Position numbers and translations under genes: made by a program
Part shown: positions 26,601-39,651 of the stretch, piece by piece
How the letters are laid out: every line of letters starts with the position of its first letter
Position numbering within the stretch: position 1 is the stretch's first letter
The notes under the pieces: generated by a model
Database searches by the model: none
The model's input: only the letters and a program-made list of their open reading frames with translations
What the model was told of the DNA's origin: nothing
Origin: Dimorphilus gyrociliatus
Lineage: Eukaryota > Animalia > Annelida
Length of the DNA stretch: 64,000 bases
NCBI GenBank assembly: GCA_904063045.1
Contig: CAJFCJ010000005.1
Location: 1,875,988-1,939,987, forward strand
Direction: 5' to 3'

Positions 26601-29600
26601 TTCAGCGTCTAATTATACTATCTTATTCAGTTTTACAGCCGACAGGAAAGCTTTAGACAAAGGAGAAAATTATGAATGGTCGTAATTAGTGACATCACTT
26701 TTTGGATATGGATTCTTAACCACCTTCATACACTTGCAGCTTTTGTCTTTATTGCAGTTATAAATATATATTTATATATATTTTATGTATTTGCACTAAG
26801 ACGAAATGTTGTATTAATACAATATACTGTATATATATATATATATATAATCGTTTTGACAGTTGTTTCTGTGATATTTCCAAGAATTAATCGAAATAAT
26901 TTCTTCCCCTAACTAATAATGCACTAATTCCCAGATGATACTCTGGGTAAGAAATGAACCTTCTAGTAGTGAATTAACGTAATTAGCATTGAGTAAGAAG
27001 ATATTAATAGACAAGAAGGAAAAAATTGTATTCTCTCTTCAATGTATTAAAGTTAGAGCGTTCTCACGCAATACCTCGGTTATTTATATATATATAAAGT
27101 ATACATAGTATATATATAGCATTTAAACTGTATAATTTTGTTTCTTTTGTGCTATTTATGAATAGAAAATCGTATTATTCAGTAGGAAATTGGAAATTTT
27201 TTAATTTTTTGGCATTCCCAATCATCTATTGATTTTAAACAGTATTAAATATTGTGTTATCAATCACATTTATGCAGTAAAACCAATACTAAAGTAATTA
27301 TTGTGGCATACAATCCTCCTTTTTCTTTTTCTTCAATGAATGATACATAGAAGAGGTTAGGGAGGATAGTAAAGGGATGTGATTTTTTCTTATTCAACAA
27401 GTTTCCATAGTACATCCAAAATTACTGGTAAATAGATTTATCTTCTTGTTCTTTCTTCTGACTTTGCACGCCATCTATAGATCCACTAACAAATGATAAA
27501 ATACGTAAAAAAAATAAAATAGAAGGGGACAATTACTGATCGTAATGTTTGACATTAGTAACAAATTAATGATTTTTATTAATTCTTTTTTCAATAAGTC
27601 ATTATTCAAATAGTCTTTGGCGGTTAAAAAAAGCTCCTTTTCTCTGCGAATGATGAAATCGGTTTAATTAAATAAGAAATATAAATCTATTTATTTTAAT
27701 GTTTCTAATACCTATTCCCTTTTTGCCATTAGAACTAGTTGGAAAACAGTAAAAAGAAACTCCTTTGGTAGATATAAAAGGAATTTATAAGGAATACATT
27801 CTAATCCTGCAGTTTTCTTTTTCTTAGAATTCTCTTACAAACTACCTCTTGTTTAAAGAGAAGCGAGAATAATAATAATAATGATATTCTCATTACCTTG
27901 TTTACAAACTAAGAAAAAAGGGAAGAAGGAAAGAGTAGAAGAGACGCCGCAAATAGAAATCACAAATGAATAGGACGGATAGAACATAATAATATTTTGA
28001 CTCACTTCCTTATATGTCTACATCTAGGAGATATTTGCATCATTAATCTAACAACGTCTTAAATGAATTTACAACAAGTAGCAAACGGACAGGCAGACGA
28101 GAATAGACAAAAATGTACATATATTCCTTTAGAAAACGAATGATGTAAAGACGGAAAGAAGATGATTCTAGCTCTTTTCCTTTTCTTTTTTTTTGGTACT
28201 CTATTTTCATTTATTCTCATCAGAATGAGACAAATGAGAAGGGGAAATGAAAAAAATATGATTTTTAATTAAATATACTTTATATTTTGTATAAACACAT
28301 TGGAAATAACAAAGGAAAATCTTCGTAGATTCCCATTTTCTCTCTCTCTGTCTCTCTCTCTCATTCTCATATCGAACTGAAACTATCTATGTTCTAAAAA
28401 TACCATATATCTATATAAATACAAAGTACATATAGCATTAATAATAATAATAATAGAAAAGAAAAGAAAATGGAAAATATATGTCATTTTTTCTTTAAGT
28501 AATTTGCAAAAGACAGCCAAAAGCCGTCCGTTTGAAAAGCACTATATTCATTAATCTTTTCTTGAAAATGCCACCTGCGAAATACACTCTGTCCTATCAT
28601 TCTTATATAATTAATGAGTTGACCTTTACACTGGAACAGTACAAGCTTTTTCTTCGTATTTCTAATAATTTTACTGTATTTTTTTTTCATTTGGAGCTGG
28701 GTTTAATTAGCGAAAAGTACCCTTTTTTTTCAATTAATTCTGCTTTTAAATGATGAAGGAAAAGTAGAAAATAATAATTATAAAAATTGATAAAAGAATA
28801 AGAAAACAAAATGTCTGAAAAGAGGGGCAACTATTAAGTAGTCTCTTATTTTGACATTCTCAATCGAGTATGAAATTACTTGCCTTAATATGAAAAGTAT
28901 ATGTCTGAAATAACAATAAGACTATTGTTATTATAGACTGTACATGACCCGCACCTATATCTCTTCCCCTTTCCCTCCACGTTCCTTTCGCCTTTCTCCT
29001 CTTACTATATTTAGGAGAGAGGACTTTGTCATTTACGATGGAAAACAATTACATCTTCTTCAATTTTATTTGATATTTGCAAAGAAATCTATTTCATTTA
29101 TTGTATTCCAAAAATAGATTATCATATATATAAATAAAATATAAGTTATATATATATACTGTATATGTGGTATACATAGGTACACGTACACCAGTATATA
29201 TATATATATATATATATATAACATCTACTGTATATAGAACTTCACAGAATTCTTTTCAGATTAATATATATATATATATATATGCCATATTATTCGTCTT
29301 CTTGTCTTTTAAACGACCTTTCCACTCTTTTCTTTTACCAAGCCAGTTTTCTAAAATAACTCTAAAACTATTGAAGTGTTAAATGACTCCATAATTTCCA
29401 TATTTAAAAATAGATTTCTATATGTATACTCTCTTCTTTTTTATCTTTTATTTATAATATAGATAATAGCTTAAATTAACAATTTTCCTTTTTTTTTTTT
29501 TCAAAAAAAACTTATTGAGATAATCTTCAAATAATCTAATTGGATATATTGTATATATATGTCTAGTTTCTTTAACTCACAGTTGACTCTTTTTTATCAT

Positions 29601-29994
29601 TTTTCATCCTATTTAGAAAGTTTATAGAATCAAGACACGAGTTACGTAGGAGTTTTTCGTGTTTTATTCAGCTATTTGGTTTAGACAGAGACATAAAAAA
29701 TAAAAGTGGGGTAAAAAACTAAAAAATGAAAATAATGAGAAGATGAATGGCCTTAAATCTAAGTTTTAAGTCGACAAACAGAATAGGAAGATAAAAGAAT
29801 GAGAAGAAAAGAAACTAAATTCTAAATATAAGCACATACAATATAAAACATATATAAATATGCATCAATAGTTTAAATATAGTTTGTCAATTTTCGTAAT
29901 ATATCTTTCCCTTATCCATCTCTTGTTTCTATTTGATGTAAAATTTCTATTCTCTTTATCTGAGCCTTATTTTTATATCACTGTCTCTCCTCAT

Positions 29995-30140
29995 CATCAT
30001 CTCTCTCATTCTCTCTCTCTTTCTTTCCATGTATGTCTGCCTGTCTGTCTGTTTGCCAGTCTACCTGTCTGTCTGTCTGTCTCTCTCTCTCTCCACTCCT
30101 GTCTGCCTCTTTTTTTCACTCTATGTCGCTCTCTATTTGC
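29995..30140. repeat. Compound (CT)n/(GTCT)n simple repeat
   Basis: ctctctc and gtctgtctgtct runs; explains the spurious ORF 29884-30159. Confidence 0.85.
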
Positions 30141-30543
30141 CTGTTTTTGTCCATTTTAGTCAGCCTGTTTTATTTTTCTAATCTATATATCGTCCCATTT
30201 GGAAAACTATAGGCGTCTAATTGTATAATATAGAGACAATATGAAATATAAATATAGCAATATTATCGCCTTTTTATAGCTAATATGTTAATTTTTTTGC
30301 CGATTTCAATTTATTAAAATGTTTCCTACTTAGACTTTGGGGTTAACATTCTCATTATCTGCTTGTTTATGGCAAGCGACTTCTCAGCCTTCACTTTCAG
30401 TATATCTCTTTGTTATTAATTCTATTTAAGCCTATATAAACAGTCCTGTCAAGTTTACATGGACGTAAAAACCCTATTGATGCTATAATTCGAGGAATAG
30501 TTTCCGGTAACGCCTACGCTCTCCTACCTATTCGAGAGTAAAA

Positions 30544-30593
30544 CGACGTCGCGGAGTTATTGGTTGCTCTATAAATAGCCTCAAATGACGTCA
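30544..30593. promoter_or_regulatory. CRE plus MEF2/TATA-like motif cluster
   Basis: CGACGTCG 30544-30551, ATTGG 30559-30563, CTATAAATAG 30569-30578 (MEF2 consensus) and TGACGTCA 30586-30593. Confidence 0.45.
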
Positions 30594-31227
30594 GCAAGTT
30601 CCTTTATCGACTACATTAAATCAAGCTATTTTTTCATCAGACTGATAAACATACAAACAATGGTTATATAGTCTCATATTCATTTGCATATAGTAAAATA
30701 CTTACTAATAACATTGTTTTAAGATTAAGATACATAATCTAATCTCTTTTTGAAAGTTGTATTAATAATTAGACTGTTTATTGGAATAAAAGATATATTT
30801 TTTTATCCTAATACTCTCTTCAGACTATGTAAAAAGGTTCTAAACATGAAGGAATTGGTCACGAGTCACGACCGTCACGTACATTAATCTTCACTTCTAT
30901 TTTACATGAATGAAATATCATTTATAAAATGTATTACACATAAACATGTATTTATACCGTGTTTATATACAGTATATATGTATAAATGTAAATACATACT
31001 GTATATATATTTAATAAATAGAAGAATGTGATAGAGGCTATAGATACTCCTGTTAAAATATTCTGGGGAATGTTCCATTTTTTTTGGGAATAAATCATTT
31101 TGTTTTTCACATGTCCAAAAAATGACCTTTTTTTTTACCTCAGTTTTTATCTGACCATATTTTTCAAGCAGTTTTCACAATACGCAATTAATTTTTTTTT
31201 TTAAAAACAAAATACATGAGATATTTC

Positions 31228-32471
31228 TTAGACAGTCTCCTTATTTGATGAACCAATTACTTCATCTTTCTTCGCTTTTTGCGCATCTTTTTGTTCATTA
31301 CCATTAACCTCAACTACTTGAACATTCTTTGCGGGAGCTTCCGATTTAGACTCCTTATCCAATAATTTCAAGTAATCTTCATTCAAATCTTCGTTACTCT
31401 TCTCATTTGTATTTACAACTTCATCGTCATGACTTTCGGCTCCCTCTTCTACTCCAAGATCCTGAGGTAAATTTTTAAAGAATTAAGATTTTGAAGGATT
31501 TCTTAAACGTAGAAAGGTAAAGGTTATTACCTTGAAGTAATTAGCCAAATCGTCAATATTTTTGAAGCGGTCAACAGCCTCTTCTTCCTCATCGTCGTAC
31601 ATGTAAAACGGCAATTCTCTCTAAATAATTCAGTAATCAATTTATAGAAAATCTGCTTAGTTTGATTCTTTCTTTCTATCTTTACTATATTCTATAATTA
31701 TTTATAGAAATATATACTTTTCTCTTTCTTTACAGAGTTATTAAGATAACGGCTATCTAATAATATTTAAACGTATATACTGTATATATTTAATCGTTCC
31801 ATTGATTATTTACCTCTTCTGCTTGTTCATTATTCATTTCTTGTAACAAATGTAGAAGAATACGTTTCTCTAATTCACCTTCGTACATTCTCATCGTTTC
31901 CTCGTCCAACTATAGGCCAAATTAGAGTTTATATTTCTCTTTAATGAATTAAAATATAAATACTAACCAAGCCAGTGCGTCGGAAATTGTCCTTGATATT
32001 TTGAACTTCATTATATAAGGCCATATCAACCAAATAGTCAGTAAGAGCATATTGTTTGTCATTTATAGCCTTGTCAAGATTGGGTACATCTTCAACTTCT
32101 TCAACAGTGTTTTCAGCTTCCGGTTTTTCACTATCACCTAGTTTGTAAAGAAAATCAAATGATTATCATTAAATTAAATTTAACAAAATGAGACTAATAA
32201 CGAAATATAAAACACCTTTATTGTTGCTTAATGAGGAAGTAAGACTTTCTAGATCAGCTTCTTCTTTGGTCTCGGCCAACTGTTGAGGCACTGTTAAATT
32301 TCAAGAGAAAATTGAAAAACAATCTATTTTCGTGCAGTTTTTTTTTTAAAAAAACAAAAATTGTATAGAAATAAAATGATACAAACAGGTGGGTGTGTTT
32401 TCGGTAACCGGCGCCGAATAGGAAATAGCAATCAGCATACTTATTGATATTATAGCAGTTTTCAACATCAT
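31228..32471 (-). CDS. Unnamed 249-aa acidic secreted protein (granin-like composition), 6 coding exons, absent from the ORF track
   Basis: Exons 32471-32387, 32290-32216, 32137-31968, 31909-31814, 31620-31531 and 31461-31228, all GT-AG with matching phases. Signal peptide MMLKTAIISISMLIAISYSA; 61/249 residues D/E; no Cys. Non-coding exon donor at 32723. Confidence 0.85.
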
Positions 32472-33247
32472 GATTGTTTGTTTTTCTTAGGCAATTGGTA
32501 GTATCTGAAAGAATTTAGAAAGAATTTAAAAACATATTATCTGGTTTGTAAACTGGGAATATGGAACAAAAATTTAGAATCTAAAATAGGTTAATAAACT
32601 AAGAATGATTGAACCTTTGAATAATTTAATAGATGTCTTTGTTAAGTTTTGTTGTCTTTTTTTGTTTTAAACAAAACTAATAAAGAAAATAAATTGTACA
32701 AAAAGTATGAACAGGAAACTTACGTATGGCTTCAAGCGCACAGCGCAGAGAAGTGGCGTCACTTTTACGTAGGCAGGGAATGGATAGAGTCATGCGCGTC
32801 GATATTCTACACGCCTACGCGAATTAGACGCCCCATGTAGGCGATTAGAAATTGCCTTTCACTAATATTTTTAACTGTTGAAAATCTTAATTAAAAGTCG
32901 CATTACTCTAGATTGATATAATAAAACATGTCATTTTTAATGTAATTCACACAATCATTAATAATTTTTTATTCATAATTATAAATAGTGCGCATTTCCT
33001 CTGTTTTGCTTTTATTTTGTGTTGTTTGTTTTGTTTGTCATGTCTTTTTTTGTTTTTTTGTTTTTTTCACTTTTAATTTTTTTAATGCGGACGAAACACA
33101 GAAAAATTTGGAACTAAAGAGAAAGAATAAGATAAAAGAGAGAAAGAGAGAGCGAGAGAGAAAACGAAGAAAACAAATCGAAATTGTCTCTCTAGTCTAA
33201 AAATTTAGAATATAATAATGATAAATGTCAAGTGAGCATCCTTCTCC

Positions 33248-34900
33248 TTACGAGGGTAATGGTGATAGCATGTAGAAACGATAGATGGCGCCTAAGATGA
33301 TACAGTAGATGGGAACTTTATAACTAATTCCATAGAGTCCTACTGCAGAATTGAAAGCATTGCAGTTACTTTCGTCCGAACAGCAATAGTAACATTCACT
33401 AGGCGTAAATGGGCACTTTTTGTCGCTGCTTAAATTCTGCAATTCTTCGCATCGATCTTTAGCCATACAACCCTGATAGAGGGAAAAACAATTTTCTTGT
33501 TAAACAAAAATAAGAGAGGTTATCGTAACAAAGGACTTTTACCTTCGTATAGAGTTTTGGTACAGATTCCAATCTCTCTAATTTCGTATAGCAAATGTGG
33601 TCCTTTTCGCAAGCGACAATTTTATTATTACAGTCATCATTTGATCTGCCTTTTTTACAACTATGACATCTAATTGCCCTTGTGCCTGTTAATTAAAAAT
33701 TTTATATCAGAAATGAAAGTAGACCACTTCGGCCTAGTGAAAGATAGACAGAGACAGGAATTGAGTGAAGAGAATATTTCATCACACCTGGCTATCGCGA
33801 ATTAATTTTTAGAGCTGCAATACGTCTTCTAAATGTCAGTATGAATAATAGCCTGTAGCAGCCCGAATAATCGCCTTATGGAGGACCTAGAATTTCTTAG
33901 CTAATGAGCATCCGCTCTCTCCCCCAAAAAAAAAAAAAGAAAAGAAAAAAAGAGACAGCAAGACAAATATAAAGAAAGAGGTCGAAAGAGATTGAGAGAA
34001 AGATAGAGGTGTTGGCACTTCTAGTAGTCCAATCTTCGAGAAAATCTTGAAAGGGATGTAAACGACAAAACTGAAATGAAAATTACAATTGCCATGGATG
34101 CAGAAACGAAAGGCACAAATAGAAAAAACAAGGACATGAGGCATTTTATTCCATAGGGAGAAAAATGAAACGGTAATGGTTTAGAAAAAGGCTTGAAAGA
34201 AATGAAAGAAAAGAGAGAAATTGAAAAAAATTAAAAAGGCTCCGCTTGTTTAGCTTTCGATGGAAGCAATTAATTCTAAAACGCTTCGAATATATCAATC
34301 AATATGCCGATTGATTAAAAAAAAATCGGTAGGAGAGGCTATAAGGACTAGTTTTGATAAATGTATATAAGCCTATTGCCGTCTATAAATCTGTCAGTTA
34401 TAGTTGACTAAATGAAACGGGCTCGAGGGCATACAAATGAGCAGAACGCGCCATATATTCCGCACCAATACCGCTTTTACTCCTTTTCCTTTCAAGTCAA
34501 CCATCCCCTTTACAGTTCCGCCCACTTTTACCCCTCTCACATCTTTTTGCCACCCCTTGTCAAATTTTCTTTTTCACAACATGATGCTTTGTAAACTTAA
34601 CAATTTTGCTTTCTGGTGAGAAAGTGTACTGGTAGCTAGGGAAAAGATGGACGTAATTACGTATCGTTCGACCAGCCCCGGGGTGGAAAGCGAATTTAGG
34701 CGATAATGCGAATACAATAGACTTCAGCGAATGATTGATGATTACTGTTAAACTTATGATTTCTAAACCAGCCAAATTAAGTTTTATTTGATAAAATAAT
34801 AAAAGGAATAAATAAAGAAATAACTGGCTTACTAACCCGTAAATTGAAAGGCAACGAACACTAGTGTCCAACAATACAACGTTTCATAAACCAATTTCAT
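33248..34900 (-). CDS. Ly6/uPAR (three-finger) protein with signal peptide and GPI-signal-like C-terminus, 143 aa
   Basis: Exons 34900-34837 (MKLVYETLYCWTLVFVAFQFTG), 33685-33543 (IRCHSC..DC..AC..IC) and 33472-33248 (GC..RC..KC..ECYYCC..NCN plus hydrophobic tail). Phases consistent. Confidence 0.85.
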
Positions 34901-35309
34901 TGTTTTTGAAATTGCCGTAATCCATTCATCGGCTAACAAAACTTTAAATGGCCCGTCAATATTTCTCTATCTACAAATAAAAGAAGGTAATACAACGAGT
35001 AATTAGTCCGGAAATGAATTAGAAATTAGTGGAACGCTATTCGCCTAATTACTCTTCTTCCCATTTTGTATCGATAATCTTTGTAGCGCTCTTAGAATTT
35101 AAAACAACTGTATGTATTTATATATACAGTATATACACACTTCTAGAAATCTTCATATGTATTTAGAAAAGTACTCACTTTAAAAAGCGTCTATCTCTCT
35201 TCTTATCCTTAACATAGCATGTATTCGATCAGATTATATTCCCTAATTGTGTGGAAAAGATATATATATGTATATATATATATTTAAATATTATACAGTA
35301 TATATGTAT

Positions 35310-35350
<41 letters not shown>

Positions 35351-35879
35351 ATATCAATATATGCAATACAGTTTGTAGCACACATCGTGGATTTGCACAT
35401 AGTTGCTGATATATATATATATATATATATATACTTTATATACTCATTTCAATCGTCAAATTTCATACATACATATATGTTCTATGGAATATTAATAAAC
35501 TGCTGATAGTAGATAAAGGACGAGAGAGAGAGAGAGAGAGATAAAGAAGAGAAGACGAGTGAGAAGGGAAGAGACGACGGAGTAATTTGTATAGTATACG
35601 AACAGCACGAACTCTGCAAAGCGCGTTCTTGCTCATTATATAGTCAATCGGATCACACAAGGTGGCGTTTTATTCCCTCCATAATTTTTATCAGCTAGAA
35701 ATTTTTTTGCTGGTAATTTCACGCCCAATAATTTTACGTTGTTAAGGAAAGGAGCAATAGGAAGAGTATACTAGGAGAACATTACCTGAGGGAGATTGTA
35801 AGGAGGAAAAAAATCAATAGACAAGTAATATTTAAAAAAAGAGTAATAAATAATACAATTAAATGAAAAAAAACCCATA

Positions 35880-36045
35880 GATTAGAGGAGAGAGGAGGGG
35901 AGGGGGTAGGGAAATAGCACGGGTTAGAGAGAGAAGAGAGTGAGAGAGAGATTGAAAAAAAAAGTGAGAGAAGCGGATAGAGGGAAAGAGATGATAGACA
36001 GATAGACAGATAGAAATGGTGAAGGGAAATCGGTGGGGAGGAGGT
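35880..36045. repeat. GA-rich purine tract / (GA)n repeats upstream of the Ly6 gene
   Basis: gagagaggagggaggggg, gagagagag and gatagacagatag runs; another (GA)n at 35521-35540. Confidence 0.7.
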
Positions 36046-38390
36046 GAGGCGTTAGAAGTGATTTAAAAAAAGAATGGACTAGTATTATTTATGTATTCGT
36101 ATCATTTTTGCTTCTTTCTCAACTAATTGAGAATTTTAGACTGTTTGACATTAAGAAAGAATTAAAAGGATGAATTATTCTACTCACGATTATAGACAAA
36201 TCAAATCAGAGAGACTTTTAAGCAACTTACCAGTCGGTATTCAATTAATCCTTACAACTTATACACAGAAAGTGAACACAAACCGTATTAAGCAAATAAT
36301 CCCCGCCCGGTGTCCTTGTTACTCCTTTTCAATATATAACAAAAAAAGAGCTTTCATTAGAAAAAAGAAAAAATGGCGGGGCCGCTAATACTTTTACTAA
36401 ATATGTCCTCCTTTTCCTATTCAATCACTTTTTCTTCACTTGGAGAATGAATAATAATCCCATTATTTACTTATCCGTATCGAGCATAATATTCAATATT
36501 TTCTTCATGTTATGAATATTAATTGATTATAGAAGAAAATAATATGCGTTTCAAATAGCTAACTTAAGTCAATTTTCAATCGTTCGATGTGGAGCGTCAT
36601 ATCCGACGTCCCTTTACTTAATTATTGATCTTCAGTTGTGCAAGTTTACGCTTAATTTAACCGAATGATTCTCTTGCGAGATACCCTTGGTTTCTCCAAA
36701 CACTTTGCACTCTCTTCCTCTTTTGTTTCTTTTTTTTTTTTATACTATTTAGCATAATACTTCTTAGTAAAAATATTAAAAAAAACTGTAATACAATGCA
36801 GTACTATCCCATATTCTTTCTATCTCCTCCCCCTCTTCAAAGAATTGCCATCTTATAATAAAAACTTCGATATATACAGTATATACTGTATATATATATA
36901 TATAAATTTATATATATATATATATAATTCATGCAAGTTATTACTTATTTATGAATACATTTAATAAATATATAGGATATATTTATGTATTGCGTAAGTG
37001 CAAAGATTAGTCACAAATAGGATATATTTACAATATTTCGTTCATTCTTAATAATTAATCAGCAGTACTAAACAAAAAAGGGAGAGCTTTATTTATATAT
37101 TCTGCTCGACAGATTGCCAGTTAGGGTTATTAATACATGAGCACGTCCTGTATTGTTTTTAAGGAGATATACCTTTTCTAAAGTAGGGTGTTCAGCTTTA
37201 AGAGGCGGTTATGATCAACTTTGGGGTCCCGACTGACGCAACGAGATTTATATAGGCCTAAGGGTAAATCGAATTTCTCAATATATATATATATATATAC
37301 AGCATATATAAATTTATATATATACAGTATATATATTTGAGATATTAGTATATAAAAGAATATAATTAGAAAGAACAATAATTTAGTATTCCCTTACAAT
37401 TGGTCTCTTCCAATTCTCTAACAGTCTTATTCTACAACGTTTTAGAGTTGCTTTCTCCACTGTATGGAGGGCTAGATTACATTTATATAGCTGTTACACC
37501 AATTAACTTAGACGAACGTAAAGGATTTTTTCTTGAAATTCTATACAACCTTACTTGCGGATTATCCCTTAGTCTGTCTTGCCTTTAGACAGTGATGTAA
37601 AATAGGCTTATTTTCTCTTTATTCTTTCTAGAAGCCATACAACGGAATATAATCGGGGATGTCTTCTATAATTAGTTTTTCGTCCATGTGAATAACGTTC
37701 ACATTTTATTTATTCCCCAAAGGAAAAATGCACCGTTACCCTGCTTTTTACTAGCAATTACTAATCACGTGACAATTACAGTTTGTACCACAAAAAGAAT
37801 AATTTCTTTTTTAGGATAGAAGAAAATTCCCCGATCCCCCTGTGTATAAGCTGACTAGATTGGCCTTAAGAGCAGAGACTAATTTACATAACTCCACCCA
37901 AATGTAACTATAGTTTTCTCTAACCATATCAATTTCAACTGGAATCGATTTCAATTAATAACGTTTGTCATCTTCGGAATATCGACAAATGTATTGGTTA
38001 AGTTCTTATTGACTTGGTCTTTTGCTTCTATCTTTCCTTTGGCTTTTTCTTTTCTTCTTGTAAACTTGTACAAGTTTGCATATTTGTAAGTTGCAATCAA
38101 AGGAAGAAATGATAAAAAAAATTTCCTTAAGTACAGTGCCAAATTGATTTGGATAGAAAAAAACTCTATTTTATGCGTCTTCAACGATATTTAATAGGAT
38201 ACTTAATAAATATTTTATTTAAGTACATTATTGTTAGTGGGAGTTTTCCTTGTAAAGCCAGCCTCTGGGAAGAAGAAGAAATTGAAGAAAGAGTGACAGA
38301 GGGTAAAAGGACGCTAACGATTTAAAATTAAGCACGACTTAGTAAAACATTCTTAAATTACTGGAACCAGTTTTGTCATTGGCAGAAAAG

Positions 38391-39301
38391 ATGGCGACCG
38401 ATCTAGCAGAAGACAGCGATTTACAAAAAAAGCCGTTAATATTAAGTTGTCAAGTTGAGCATATATCATATCGGGTTCTAATCGCATCTATTCAATATCA
38501 AAATAACACATACCGAGGTGTTCTATTAAATTGCCAGACAGGGTAATTAGAAACAGTGAAAAAATTTGCATCTTTCACACATTCCTCTATTGCAGAAATT
38601 TACCAGGAACTTTAAAAATCCCCAATCTCGCCATATCGACAGAAAAGGACCCATTTAGAAATGTTGCCCTGAAATGTGAAGGAGAAGTTCTAGAAAAAGG
38701 TAAAGCTGAAGTATCCGCCCTGAGTCTACGACATACCTATAACAAATCGCCCCTGAAAACGGAAGCAAACTTATTATCAGAGCCAAGAACGAAAAGAATT
38801 TCCACAGAATCACAAAATTGTAATTCTCAGTCTGCTACATCTATTTGCAAAAGATTTAAAATGGCTTCTAAACGAAAGGCCGATGAGAATACACCAAAAA
38901 GAAAGGTAAAACACCCAAGACTACACCATTCTATGGAAAAACCCAGAATTTTCTCTTCACCCTCTAAATATAGAGCCAAAAATAAGGAATATAATTGTGA
39001 AAATGATATTCTGTCAAATGAGAATTGCAATCGTGTTGTATGGGCTAAATTGCATGGCTATTCGTGGTGGCCTGGCAGGATATTGGAGACGAAATCAACT
39101 AAATATAGCATAGGTTGGTTTGGTTCAACCAAAATGTCTACCTCGATGCCTAAAAAACGTGTCTGCTCATTTATTGATAATTTCCACAAGCTCTTCATAC
39201 CGGAACGGGACGGTAATTATAAGGAAGCAGTCTCCGATGCCCTAACCTTTCTATCACCAACCTTGACAATTGACCAAGTTCTAAAGCTTAAAAAGCTTTA
39301 A
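38391..39301 (+). CDS. PWWP2: PWWP domain-containing protein 2-like
   Basis: Exons 38391-38542 (MATDLAED..SCQVEHI..YRGVLL) and 38596-39301. LRHTYN motif; C-terminal PWWP VVWAKLHGYSWWPGRI..GWFGS..FIDNFHK..YKEAVSDA, as in PWWP2A/B. Confidence 0.82.
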
Positions 39302-39651
39302 CACTAAACCATAGAAGGTTCAGTTCAATTCTAAATGCTAAAAAAGAATGAAGCATGCAAGTGTTTTTATTATTTATTTGGTTTTTTTTTCTTGTTTGAA
39401 AATGTTTAAAATATTTTTTACTTGTTGATAAAGAAAACAATATAGAAATCTGAAGAAAAAAGACTTTATCATGTTTATCTTATACCAAAAATATATAAAG
39501 TTAAGTAAAAAAGAGAAAGAAGGGAAAGAATTTTCTTCAATCAATTATTTTTGGCTTGCTGATTAAACGAGTATTCGAGAAATAGAAGTTATCGGACCGC
39601 ACTTGTTTGTAGATAAGAAAAATCAGATATTCGACTTTCACGTGTAAATAA

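Noticed and set aside
28204-28253. miRNA-like hairpin (TTTTCATTT/AAATGAAAA and TTCTCAT/ATGAGAA)
   Set aside because: Low-complexity AU stem, arms too short, no basal stem, no known seed.
34087-34144. Alternative phase-1 first exon for the Ly6 gene (MPHVLVFSICAFRFCIHGN)
   Set aside because: Poor signal peptide compared with the 34900-34837 exon and no other support.
37178-38184. Short ORFs and exon-like pieces between the Ly6 gene and PWWP2
   Set aside because: No consistent spliced frame or recognisable product could be built.
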